This document shows, piece by piece, positions 1-8,706 of a DNA stretch of 64,000 nucleotides. A model generated the notes under the pieces. That model had not been told where the DNA came from, ran no database searches, and saw only the letters and a list, made by a program, of their open reading frames with translations. Both the position numbers and the translations under genes were made by a program. Numbering within the stretch: position 1 is the first letter of the stretch; each line of letters starts with the position of its first letter. The stretch comes from Planctomycetota bacterium (GTDB taxonomy: Bacteria > Planctomycetota > B15-G4). The DNA is taken from the NCBI GenBank assembly GCA_038212275.1, contig JBBQUR010000002.1, forward strand, positions 232,778 through 296,777. The letters run 5' to 3'.

Positions 1-59
1 GTGGATGGCGCGGGCGGCAGGCGCAAGCGCGCGGCATCCCCTCGTGCGGCGCCCGGGCG

Positions 60-188
60 CTGAGCATCCTCATCGCGCTGGCCGGGTTGCCCGGCACCGG
101 AAAGAGCACGCTGGCGCGCGCACTCGCGGCGCAGGTCTCGCGCGTGATCGAGGCACTCGCAGCGCTGCCCACCGTCACGCACAACTGA
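60..188 (+). pseudogene. Truncated P-loop kinase (AAA_33-like) remnant
   Basis: Frame +3 reads LSILIALAGLPGTGKSTLARALAAQVSRVIEALAALPTVTHN*. It has a Walker A motif with the typical N-terminal strand, but a stop follows about 25 codons later. Not in the ORF track. Confidence 0.55.
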
Positions 189-247
189 CTCACGGGGGCC
201 GCGCGCCACACCGCCGGGGCAGCGCACCGCGAATCTTGAGCGTGCCC

Positions 248-1093
248 TCAGCGCGGCGCGGCCGCTTTCTCAGCGTCGCCGGCCGCGGGCGCAACACCAC
301 CCGTGACGCTGTTCCCGCCGACGCCGTCGGAGCCGTCCGCCGCGCGCGGCTTGGCCGGCTGCTCTTCGCCGCCGGACGCGTCGCTGGCCTTGTCCGTCGC
401 CCTGTCCTCCACGCTGGCCTTGGCGTTCTTCTCGCGCAGCAGCTCGATGAGCTGCGCCGGGCTCTTGCCGGACAGCACTTCCTGGAACTGCGATCGGAAG
501 TTCTGGACGAGGCTCACGTTCTCGATGGTGATGTCGATGATCTGCCACGCGCCGGTGTCCTTGTTCGCGCGCAGGCGGTAGTCGATGAGCGTGTCGCCCT
601 GCTCCTTGGAGATCACCTTGGAGCGCACCGTCCAGTCGCCCTTGCCCTCGTCGCGCGAGTCGTAGATCTCGATCGTCGAGAACTTGGCCCCCTCCGCGTT
701 GCGGTAGTAGGTGGCGATGAGGTGTTCGCGGAACTGCTTGCGGAACTCGGCCTGCTCCTCGGTCGTGAACTTGCCGTAGTTCTTGGCGAGCACGAGCTTG
801 GACACGACCATCATGTCGAGGCGGTTGTCCACGATGTCGACGATGCGCTCGCGCCGCGCGTGGCTGTCGAGGGTCGGATCCTTCAGCAGCGCGATGACCT
901 TGTCGGCCGTGTCCTGGATGACCGCACGCGCACCGTCGGAGGGCGCCGTCTGCGCGGCGAGGGGCTGCGCGGCCGGCACCATCGCCGCGGCGGTCCGGGC
1001 AAGGCACGGCGAGGCCAGCACCGCGACGAGCAGCGCGGCGGCGGGCAGGATGCGGACGGCGGACGCGAGTTTCGTGTCAGGGTCGGGGTGCAT
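248..1093 (-). CDS. mlaC: MlaC/Ttg2D phospholipid-binding periplasmic protein
   Basis: Signal peptide; IDYRL...WQIIDITIENVSLVQNFRSQF motif; last gene of the mla operon. Start moved to the ATG at 1093. Confidence 0.88.
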   Translation of the reverse strand: MHPDPDTKLASAVRILPAAALLVAVLASPCLARTAAAMVPAAQPLAAQTAPSDGARAVIQDTADKVIALLKDPTLDSHARRERIVDIVDNRLDMMVVSKLVLAKNYGKFTTEEQAEFRKQFREHLIATYYRNAEGAKFSTIEIYDSRDEGKGDWTVRSKVISKEQGDTLIDYRLRANKDTGAWQIIDITIENVSLVQNFRSQFQEVLSGKSPAQLIELLREKNAKASVEDRATDKASDASGGEEQPAKPRAADGSDGVGGNSVTGGVAPAAGDAEKAAAPR

Positions 1094-1883
1094 CGTCGGG
1101 CTCCGTAGCCAGGTCTTCGTCGTAGAAATCTTCATTAGCCTGCTGGGTTGCGGCCGGCTGCTGCGCCATCTCGCCCTCGATCGCGATGCGGCGACGCTGC
1201 AGGTAGGCGTTGCGCACGAACACGTAGTAGTCGAGCGAGGCCAGCCGCGCCTCGCGCAGCGGCTGGAGCAGCTGCGCGCGCGTGTTGACCACATCCACGA
1301 CGCGTGAGCCGATCAGGACCGCGTCGTCCACGTCCCACACGGCGTTGTACGTCACGACGTCACCGACGAGGCCGGCCGTGTCGCGCGGACTGGACGGACC
1401 GAACAGCGGCAGCACGAGGTAGGGCCCCGAAGACACGCCCCACACCGCGAGGGTCTGGCCGAAGTCCTCGGGCCGCTCGATCAGGCCCATGTCCTTCGCC
1501 GGGTCGAAGAAGCCCACGATGCCCAGCGTGGTGTTGACCACGAACCGCAGCGTCTCGGTGCCGGCGTCCTCGAACTTGGCCTGCAGGAGGTTGTTGAGCA
1601 CGTGCACGGGCGCCGCGGCATTGGTGAAGAAGTCGTCCACCGAGCGCTGCACGCGCGGCGTCGTGATCTCGTTCCAGCCGCGCGCCGTCGGCTCGAGCAC
1701 GTAGTCGTCGAGCTGCTCGTTGAACCAGAACACCTTCCGGTTCATGCCTTCCCACGGGTCGGCCTCGCTCGTGGTGCCCGGCGCGGCGCACCCGACGAGC
1801 GGCAGCGCAGCGACGCACGGCAGCAGCAGCATGCGCGACGCACGCGACAGGCGCGCCGCCAGCCCACGTTCGCGAAGGCTCAC
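1077..1883 (-). CDS. mlaA: MlaA/VacJ lipoprotein
   Basis: Lipobox LVGC; DPWEGMNR, RFVVNTTLGIVG, EDFGQTL, GPYLVLPLFGPSSPRD motifs. Confidence 0.93.
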   Translation of the reverse strand: MSLRERGLAARLSRASRMLLLPCVAALPLVGCAAPGTTSEADPWEGMNRKVFWFNEQLDDYVLEPTARGWNEITTPRVQRSVDDFFTNAAAPVHVLNNLLQAKFEDAGTETLRFVVNTTLGIVGFFDPAKDMGLIERPEDFGQTLAVWGVSSGPYLVLPLFGPSSPRDTAGLVGDVVTYNAVWDVDDAVLIGSRVVDVVNTRAQLLQPLREARLASLDYYVFVRNAYLQRRRIAIEGEMAQQPAATQQANEDFYDEDLATEPDDAPRP

Positions 1884-2341
1884 TTCTCGTCTCCCACCGA
1901 CGTGTTGTGGATCAACTTGCCGATGAGACGTTCGAGCAGCACCGCGGACTCCGTGAACGGGATCTTGTCGCCGTTCTGCAGGAAGTCCTCTTCGCCGCCG
2001 AGCTGCAGCAGCAGGTAGCGGTCGCCGAGGATGCCCGAGGTCATGATGGAGGCGCTGCTGTCCGACGGGTACTTGCGCCCGGCGTCCACGTCGAGCTCCA
2101 CGCGGGCGCGACCTTCCTCATCCAGCGTGATGGAGCGCACCTCGCCCACCTTCACGCCGGAGATCTCCACCGGCGCGCGCACCTTGAGGCCGCCGATCTC
2201 GTCGAAGCCCGCATAGAGAGTGAGCTGCGGCGGCCGGCTGAGGCTGACGCCGCCGACCTGCAGGGTGAGGTAGGCGATGGCGGCGAGGCCGACCAGCACG
2301 AACAGGCCGACGACGAAGTCGCGCAGCGGAGAGCGTTCCAT
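1880..2341 (-). CDS. mlaD: MlaD (MCE domain) protein
   Basis: N-terminal TM; FDEIGGLKVRAPVEISGVKVGEV, TSGILGDRY. Confidence 0.93.
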   Translation of the reverse strand: MERSPLRDFVVGLFVLVGLAAIAYLTLQVGGVSLSRPPQLTLYAGFDEIGGLKVRAPVEISGVKVGEVRSITLDEEGRARVELDVDAGRKYPSDSSASIMTSGILGDRYLLLQLGGEEDFLQNGDKIPFTESAVLLERLIGKLIHNTSVGDEK

Positions 2342-2344
2342 GGG

Positions 2345-3118
2345 TCAGATTCCCCAGAGGGCCGTGACGATGTAGTCGAGCAGAAGCACGGTGACGGACG
2401 CCGTGACCACCGTCGAGGTGGTGGCCGCGCTGACGCCGGCCGAGTTGGGTTTCGAGGTGAAGCCGCGCCACGTGGAGATGAGGCCCACGACGACGCCGAA
2501 GACGACCGCCTTCACCAGGCTTCCGACCACGTCTTCGTGAAAGTCCACGTTGGCGTAGAGATTGCTCATGTAGCGGCCGCCGTCGACACCCATGAGCGAC
2601 ACGCCGACGAGATAACCGCCGCCCATGCCGCACGTGATGAAAAGCGCGGACAGCAGCGGCATGACGACGATCATCGCCAGCAGGCGCGGCACGACGACGA
2701 AGCTCATCGGGTTCACGGCCATCATGCGCAGGCCGTCGAGCTGCTCGGTGGCCACCATCGTGCCGATCTCCGCGGTCGTCGCGGAACCCGCGCGTCCTGT
2801 CGCGAGCAGCGCGGTGAGCACCGGCCCCAGCTCGCGCAGCAGCGAGATGCCGACGACCGCGCCGAGCGAGTCCGTCGCGCCGAAGCGCTGCAGCGTGTTG
2901 TAGCCCTGCAGCGCGAGCACGGCGCCCACCGCCGCGCCGCTGACGCAGATGATCACCAGCGAGAGCACGCCCAGCTTGTAGAGCTCGTCGAAGAAGACGC
3001 CCATGCGGAACGGCGGCCGCAGGGCCTGCAGCATCGCGCTGCCGGAGAACGCCGTGAAGCGTCCGAGCTGCTCCACGAAGTTCAGCGCCGAAAAGCCGAG
3101 GTTCTGGATCGCCTTCAT
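2345..3118 (-). CDS. mlaE: MlaE ABC permease
   Basis: RELGPVLTALLATGRAGSATTAEIGTMVATEQLDGLRMMAVNP; GVSAATTSTVV. Start MKAIQ at 3118. Confidence 0.93.
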   Translation of the reverse strand: MKAIQNLGFSALNFVEQLGRFTAFSGSAMLQALRPPFRMGVFFDELYKLGVLSLVIICVSGAAVGAVLALQGYNTLQRFGATDSLGAVVGISLLRELGPVLTALLATGRAGSATTAEIGTMVATEQLDGLRMMAVNPMSFVVVPRLLAMIVVMPLLSALFITCGMGGGYLVGVSLMGVDGGRYMSNLYANVDFHEDVVGSLVKAVVFGVVVGLISTWRGFTSKPNSAGVSAATTSTVVTASVTVLLLDYIVTALWGI

Positions 3119-3125
3119 CGCGCGC

Positions 3126-3941
3126 TCAACCTTCCACACCCTTGGCGGTGAGTACGGCCTCGTCCACGTCCGCACTGATGAGGTTGGCGACGAGCGGGTC
3201 CTTGCTCGCGCGCAACTCCGACGGCGTGCCCTGGACGGCGGCCTTGCGCACCAGCACGAGCACGTGGTCGGCCATGCGCAGCGTGGACGGGACGTCGTGC
3301 GAGATCACGATCATGGTCACGCCCAGCGAGCGGTTGAGATCCTTGAGCAGGTTCTCGATGCGGCGCGCCGAGATCGTGTCGAGGCCCGAGAAGGGCTCGT
3401 CGCAGAGCAGGTATTGCGGGTCGCGGATGATCGCGCGGGCCAGCGCCACGCGCTTGAGCATGCCTCCCGAGAGCTGGCCAGGCAGCAGCCGGTCCTCGTC
3501 CGCCGACAGCCCGACGGCGGTCAGCTTGGCGTGCACGCGTTCGCGGATCTCCGCCTCGCTCAGCCGGGTGTGCTCGCGCAGCGGAAAGGCAAGGTTGTCG
3601 TACACCGAGAACGAGTCGAGCAGCGCGCCGGCCTGGAACATCATCCCGATCTGCTCGCGCACCGCGTACAGGCCGCGCTCGGCGAGGGTGGTGAGTTCCT
3701 TGTCGCCGACGCGCACATGCCCGGCCCTGGGGTGCAGCAGGCCGCCGATGAGCCGCAGCAGCGTGCTCTTGCCGGAGCCGCTGCCGCCGAGGATCACGGA
3801 GATCTGCCCGGCGGGGAAGCGGCACGTCAGGTCATCGAAGATGACGCGGCTTCCGAAGGCCATGCGCACGTGGTCGAACGCGACCTCGCCGCCCCGCCCT
3901 CGTTGCGCCACCTGCGCGCCGTCCTGACCGTTCGCCGACAT
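3126..3941 (-). CDS. mlaF: MlaF ABC ATP-binding protein
   Basis: Walker A GGSGSGKST, LSGGMLKRVALARA, CDEPFSGLD, SHD; first gene of the mla operon. Confidence 0.93.
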   Translation of the reverse strand: MSANGQDGAQVAQRGRGGEVAFDHVRMAFGSRVIFDDLTCRFPAGQISVILGGSGSGKSTLLRLIGGLLHPRAGHVRVGDKELTTLAERGLYAVREQIGMMFQAGALLDSFSVYDNLAFPLREHTRLSEAEIRERVHAKLTAVGLSADEDRLLPGQLSGGMLKRVALARAIIRDPQYLLCDEPFSGLDTISARRIENLLKDLNRSLGVTMIVISHDVPSTLRMADHVLVLVRKAAVQGTPSELRASKDPLVANLISADVDEAVLTAKGVEG

Positions 3942-4046
3942 GCCTGCTCGTCGCTCCAAGATCGAAGGCGACGGTTATAACGTCGCGCGACCCGTCCGCA
4001 CGAGCGTGGCGGCGGCATGTCGGCGACCTGTCAGCCAGGCGCCCCC

Positions 4047-5744
4047 TCAGCGGGGCTTGACGAGCACCACGCGCGTGTCGGCCGCCACGGCGTGCGTGCT
4101 GGCCGTGCCGTCCGGCCAGCGGACCGAAACGACGGCCGACGCCGCCGTCGCGCCAAGGCCGAACCACAGGCTCTGGGGCGCCTGGCTCAGATAGTTGTTG
4201 CCGCACTCCATCGGCGCGACCTGCACGGGAAGCCCGGCGACCTGCACGCTGACCCGGGCCCCCACCGCCAGGCGGTTCATCCCGGGCTGGCGCAGCTCGA
4301 CGTGCAACCAGTGACCGAGCCCCGCGTTGCTGCCGCGCCAGAGCCGCGGGCCGACGTCGTTGTTCATGACGAGCACGTCGAGTGCGCCATCGTGGTCGGC
4401 GTCGAAGACCACGAGTCCGCGCCCCTGGCTGTCGTCGACCAGTCCGAAGTCGGCGGCGCGATCCGTGAAGTGGCCCGCGCCGTCGTTCATGAACAGGCGC
4501 AGCGTGTCATGGTCGAAGATCAGCAGCTGCGGCACGAAGATGATGTTGCTGTACCAGCCGTTCGCCTGCACCAGGTCCACGTCGCCGTCGTTGTCCAGGT
4601 CCGCGAACTGCGCGCCCCAGCCCCAGCCGCCGTGGCGCAGCCCGGCGACGTCCGTCTTGTCGGTGAAGGTTCCGTTGCCGTTGTTCACGTAGAGGCGGTT
4701 GCCGGAGCTGAAGTAGCCGCCGAGCGGGATGGGCACGGGCGAGTCGATGGCGGTCACGAACCAGTCGAGGTCGCCGTCGCGGTCCACGTCGGCGATGGCG
4801 CTGCCCATGCCGTTCTCATCCGTGCCCACACCGGCGAGCTGCGTGATGTTGGTGAAGCTCCAGTTGCCGTTGTTGCGCAGCAGCCGGCTCGTGTGCACGT
4901 CGTTCGCGCACAACACGTCGAGGTCGCCGTCGAAGTCGAAGTCCACGAGGCGCGGCGTGAAGCCGTACACCTTGTCGAACTTGAACTGCGGCAGGTGGAC
5001 CTCGCGGAAGCTGCCGTCGCCCGTGTTGCGGAAGAACTGGATGCGATGGCCGCCCCAGGTGAGCGCCACGAGGTCGAGGTCGCCGTCGGCGTCGAGGTCT
5101 CCGAAGGCAGCGCCGTAGCGCCCCGCGGTGGCCAGGCCGTTGGCATCCGGCGCCTTGCTGAACAGGCCGTGCCCGTCGTTCAGATACAGGCGGTTGTCGT
5201 GCTTGAGCAGCCCGGGTCCGGAGGGCGGGTCCGAGACGTCCGGCGTGGGGATCGGCCCCGTGCTGCTTCCGCCGCCTTTCATGGCGGTCTGCACGTCGAG
5301 CACGTTCTCGAACATGGTGAGGAAGAGGTCCAGGTCGCCGTCGCCATCTACGTCGGCGAGCACTGGCGAGCCGACCGGCAGGCTCACCGCGACTCCCGCG
5401 GCGGCGGCCACGTCCGTGAAGTGCCCGCCGCCGTCGTTGTGGTAGAGGCGCAGCGGTTGCGCGGAGCCCATCGGCACGACGAGGTCCTCCCAGCCGTCGC
5501 CGTCCACGTCGCCGACGGCGATGCCGCCCGTGAAAGGTTGCGTGACCGCATCGGTCGGCGACGCGGCGTACGCGCCAGCAATGCCCGCGACCGCCGTGGC
5601 CTCCGTGAAGGACTGCGCGGAGGCCGTGGCGACGAGCGACAACGCAACCAACGCCAGCATCGCCAGCATCGCCAGCAACAACGGCAGCTTCCGTTGCGAC
5701 ACGCGCACCAGCGCGCCGCGGGACGCGAACTCGGAAGCATGCAT
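4047..5744 (-). CDS. CRTAC1-family FG-GAP repeat protein with C-terminal ASPIC/UnbV domain
   Basis: Signal peptide; repeated DxDGDGDLD motifs; GWGWGAQFADLDNDG; NRLAVGARV...YLSQ...FGLG C-terminus. Start moved to MHASEF. Confidence 0.85.
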   Translation of the reverse strand: MHASEFASRGALVRVSQRKLPLLLAMLAMLALVALSLVATASAQSFTEATAVAGIAGAYAASPTDAVTQPFTGGIAVGDVDGDGWEDLVVPMGSAQPLRLYHNDGGGHFTDVAAAAGVAVSLPVGSPVLADVDGDGDLDLFLTMFENVLDVQTAMKGGGSSTGPIPTPDVSDPPSGPGLLKHDNRLYLNDGHGLFSKAPDANGLATAGRYGAAFGDLDADGDLDLVALTWGGHRIQFFRNTGDGSFREVHLPQFKFDKVYGFTPRLVDFDFDGDLDVLCANDVHTSRLLRNNGNWSFTNITQLAGVGTDENGMGSAIADVDRDGDLDWFVTAIDSPVPIPLGGYFSSGNRLYVNNGNGTFTDKTDVAGLRHGGWGWGAQFADLDNDGDVDLVQANGWYSNIIFVPQLLIFDHDTLRLFMNDGAGHFTDRAADFGLVDDSQGRGLVVFDADHDGALDVLVMNNDVGPRLWRGSNAGLGHWLHVELRQPGMNRLAVGARVSVQVAGLPVQVAPMECGNNYLSQAPQSLWFGLGATAASAVVSVRWPDGTASTHAVAADTRVVLVKPR

Positions 5745-5842
5745 GGTCGAGACTCCACCAGGACGCGATGACGACGAGCCGACGGCTCGCGCTTGCCGGC
5801 CGCGGATTGCCGGCGACCATCCCCCAGACCGGCGGGCCGTGC

Positions 5843-5916
5843 CGGGCGTCACGCCCGACGTCACGCCCGACGTCAGGCCCCGTGTCACGCCGGGCAGCAA
5901 GCCCGACGTGGCGCCC
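5843..5916. repeat. Imperfect 12-bp tandem repeat (gtcacgcccgac-like), about 5-6 copies
   Basis: gggcgtcacgcccgacgtcacgcccgacgtcaggccccgtgtcacgccgggc...gcccgacgtggcgccc. Confidence 0.6.
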
Positions 5917-5920
5917 GCCT

Positions 5921-6121
5921 TCACGCGGCGGGCGACGGGCTGCGCTCGCCGTCCGTGCGCACGACGACCGTGCCGGCGATGCAGTCCGGCAGCGAGCGGC
6001 CGTTCTTGCCGTGGAACATCGTGACGAGCTCCGCCACGATCCACAGCGTCGCGATCCAGCTCAGCCCGATGCGCTCGAGCACGCGCTCGTCCGCGGCGGA
6101 GCGTGCCTGTCCTGCGCTCAT
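5921..6121 (-). pseudogene. RDD-family C-terminal remnant (66 aa)
   Basis: LWIVAELVTMFHGKNGRSLPDCIAGTVVV resembles the RDD C-terminal 'R.LHD.IAGT.VV' motif. ATGA overlap with the upstream gene. Confidence 0.55.
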
Positions 6122-7071
6122 CGCTCGCCGCCCCGCGACCGGCCGCGCGGCTCCGAGAGCACCAGGCGCAGCGCGCGCAGGAGTCGATACCGCGCCAGTT
6201 GCGTCGTGTCGCCGCGCCACAGCTGCAACCAGCTGCGCAGCCGCAGGCGATGCCGCAGCGCGTGATACTGCGGGCGCTCCGGCATGCGCAGCGAGAGCAC
6301 CGTCTGCAGCACCGCGCGGTCCGGATAGCCGGCGCACACGGCCGCGATGCGCGCGTGCTCGTCCCCGGCGCGGCTGGCCTCCACGACGGAGAGCATGAAG
6401 GCGAGCAGCTCGATGGCCCGCGCCTCGGCCACGTCGTGCGCCGCATGCGGCTCGGCGAAGTCGAACCAGAGCAGCGCCGGCTCGGAGGTCGGCGTGGACC
6501 CGGGCGCGGCGCCTGACGGCGGCGCCGGCGCCGCAAACCTGGGCATGACCAGGATGTTGTGCGCCGCGCCGTCGCTGTGCAGGTCGGCAACGGACGTGGC
6601 GCGCGCGTGCCGCGCCGCGATGCGGCTCACGACCTGCGTGAGCAGCGGCGAGGCCAGCACGAGTTCCCCGACGCGGCTGCCGTGGCGCACGCCGTCGCGC
6701 GCGAGCGACGACTCGCGCAGGACGTCGAAGAGCGTCGGCGCGGGCAGATACGGAAACACGAGCGACGGGCCGACGGCGACGACCTGCCCGTCGACAGGCA
6801 GCGACAAGCGCTCGAAGGGGCCGGCGCACGGCCACAGCACGGCCTCGCCCTGCGCGACGAAGGCCGCCTGCCCGTCGAGCTCGCGCTTCAGGCGCGCGCG
6901 CGACTCCTCCGGCGTGTCGCCCGGCGCCGCGTAGTCCTTCACGACGAAGCGCGCCTCGCCCGAGGCCGTCGGCTGCGCCACGAAATGCAGCGCATTGCTG
7001 CGGCGCCGGCCGCGGCCCGCGTGCTCGGGGCGGAAGCTGCGGAAGGCGGTCCCCGGTTCGAAGTCCGCCAT
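6118..7071 (-). CDS. Hypothetical protein with protein-kinase-like (LPS kinase/APH-like) motifs
   Basis: FVVKDY (VAIK-like), RLKRELDG (helix-C Glu), LHSDGAAHNILV (HxDxxxxN), LLWFDF. Start MADFEP at 7071. Confidence 0.6.
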   Translation of the reverse strand: MADFEPGTAFRSFRPEHAGRGRRRSNALHFVAQPTASGEARFVVKDYAAPGDTPEESRARLKRELDGQAAFVAQGEAVLWPCAGPFERLSLPVDGQVVAVGPSLVFPYLPAPTLFDVLRESSLARDGVRHGSRVGELVLASPLLTQVVSRIAARHARATSVADLHSDGAAHNILVMPRFAAPAPPSGAAPGSTPTSEPALLWFDFAEPHAAHDVAEARAIELLAFMLSVVEASRAGDEHARIAAVCAGYPDRAVLQTVLSLRMPERPQYHALRHRLRLRSWLQLWRGDTTQLARYRLLRALRLVLSEPRGRSRGGER

Positions 7072-7076
7072 GTGCC

Positions 7077-7688
7077 TCAGTAGCCCTTCAGCCGCTCCAC
7101 GTGGAGCAGCTCGTCCCACGCGCCGCGGCGCAGATGCGCGAGCATCTGGTCCCACACCTTGTAGAAGACGCGCGAGAGCACGGGCTGCAGCTCGTCGTCG
7201 CGCAGCGTGAGCGCCAGCGCGGCGAGCCGCTCGCGGTAGGCGGGCTTGAGTTCGCGCTTGTCGAAAAGCGCGTGGCACAGCAGGTGCGTCAACGCGTCCG
7301 GGCCGGCGGGGATGTGAAAGGCGCCGCTCGCGTGCGGCACGCGTCGCGCGAACATGCCTTCCGTGAGCTCCGGGTCCACCGCCACCCACGGATGCCTGCC
7401 GTAGAAGGGCGAGCGGTAGCAGAGGCGTTGCACGAGGTCGAGCAGCAGTCCCTGCCGGTTGCGGAACTGCTCGTGAGGAAGCGCGCCGGCCAGCGCGCCG
7501 TCGGCGGAGGTCACGTGCTTCGTGAAGCCCGCGGCCTCCAGCCGCCTGGTGATCTCCGGCAGCGCCGCGCCGCGCACCAGCACGTCCACGTCGCCCTCGG
7601 GATGGTCGGGCAGCTTGTCCCAGTTGCGCAGCACGACAGGTTCGCCGCGGCAGCTCTCAAACAAGGCCAGGGCCGCGACGAGCTCCAT
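7077..7688 (-). CDS. Putative nucleotidyltransferase (Pol-beta superfamily)
   Basis: VVLRNWDKLP...EGDVDVLV (DxD), third acidic residue in LLLDLV, helical C-terminal HLLCHALFDK. Confidence 0.65.
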   Translation of the reverse strand: MELVAALALFESCRGEPVVLRNWDKLPDHPEGDVDVLVRGAALPEITRRLEAAGFTKHVTSADGALAGALPHEQFRNRQGLLLDLVQRLCYRSPFYGRHPWVAVDPELTEGMFARRVPHASGAFHIPAGPDALTHLLCHALFDKRELKPAYRERLAALALTLRDDELQPVLSRVFYKVWDQMLAHLRRGAWDELLHVERLKGY

Positions 7689-7694
7689 GCCGCC

Positions 7695-7898
7695 TCAGAG
7701 ACCCTTCGCGCGGCGCAGCGCGGCGGCAGCCTTCGCCACCTCTTCCGCCAGCTCGTGGAATTCGCTCGGCACGAGTTCGAGGCGCCAGGCATCGGTCTGC
7801 AGGTGCACGTCGCCCGATTCGTTGTATTCGATGGTGAGCGTGCGCAGCGGACCCTCGCGCAGCTCGGCGCGGCCTAGGAGCGTGTGAACAATCCCCAT
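7695..7898 (-). CDS. Small hypothetical protein (67 aa), paralog of 7874-8134
   Basis: MGIVHTLLGRAEL...LTIEYNESGDVHLQTDAWRLELVPSEFHELAEEV; GC3-biased codons; tight operon spacing. Confidence 0.7.
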   Translation of the reverse strand: MGIVHTLLGRAELREGPLRTLTIEYNESGDVHLQTDAWRLELVPSEFHELAEEVAKAAAALRRAKGL

Positions 7899-8134
7899 CT
7901 GCGGCGCCTCCTTTCCGGCGGCAGGCTGGCCGCCATCGCCTTGAGCTTGCCGTCCGCGATCGCGACCTGGTCGGCGAAGGCGAGGAAGTCGTTGATCGAC
8001 AGATCGAGGCGCAGGTTGCGGTAGTGGATGTGAATGCACTCGCCGACGTTGTCCTCGATCTTGAGGCTGCGCTTGTGCCGCACCGGCTGCGTGCCGATCT
8101 TCCGGTGCGCGAGCTCGATGACCATGATGTTCAT
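7874..8134 (-). CDS. Small hypothetical protein (86 aa)
   Basis: LKIEDNVGECIHIHYRNLRLDLSINDFLAFADQV; coding-like composition; operon spacing. Confidence 0.75.
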   Translation of the reverse strand: MNIMVIELAHRKIGTQPVRHKRSLKIEDNVGECIHIHYRNLRLDLSINDFLAFADQVAIADGKLKAMAASLPPERRRRRWGLFTRS

Positions 8135-8141
8135 GCGCGGT

Positions 8142-8441
8142 TCACGACGAGAGGAATTTGTTCATCTGCGCGGCCGTCACGAGACCGCCGCGCTTGCGGA
8201 TCCACTCCGAGTTGCCCGGCCCCCAGGCCTCGTCGGTGCGCACGACGAGGGCGCGGCAGCTGCAGCCGCCCGGCAGCGTGCAGCCGTCCTTGAGCGGCGG
8301 GCCCTTGAAGTCCTTCTCGGGCAGCCAGCAGGTGCCGTCGAGTTCCTTCGCCTTGCCGCAGCGCTCCGCCGCGGCTCCTGCGTGCCAGGTGTAGTAGGCC
8401 ACCAAGGCTTCCTTGCCGAACTTCCTCGAGAACCAGCTCAT
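8142..8441 (-). CDS. Small Cys-rich hypothetical protein (99 aa)
   Basis: MSWFSRKFGK...ERCGKAKELDGTCW...PPLKDGCTLPGGCSCRALV; Lys/Trp-rich real-protein composition. Confidence 0.7.
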   Translation of the reverse strand: MSWFSRKFGKEALVAYYTWHAGAAAERCGKAKELDGTCWLPEKDFKGPPLKDGCTLPGGCSCRALVVRTDEAWGPGNSEWIRKRGGLVTAAQMNKFLSS

Positions 8442-8706
8442 CAGGGACTCCGGCGCGCGGGCCGCACCGGCGCGCACCATGCGCACCGATGCGATCCGCT
8501 GCCCAGCGTAGCGACAGCGGCGCGACCGGCCAACCGCGGGTCCCGCGGATGCGGAGGGCGCGGGCGGTCGACCCGAAAAGCTGCGGGTCGCGGAGAGCGG
8601 CGCCTTGGCGCGCGTCGCGCCGGACCGGTAGGGTGGGACGTCCCGGCCGGATGCTTCGCGGGTGCGTTCCGGCGAAATCCTCACGGCTCCCTCCGCAGAG
8701 GCGCGC

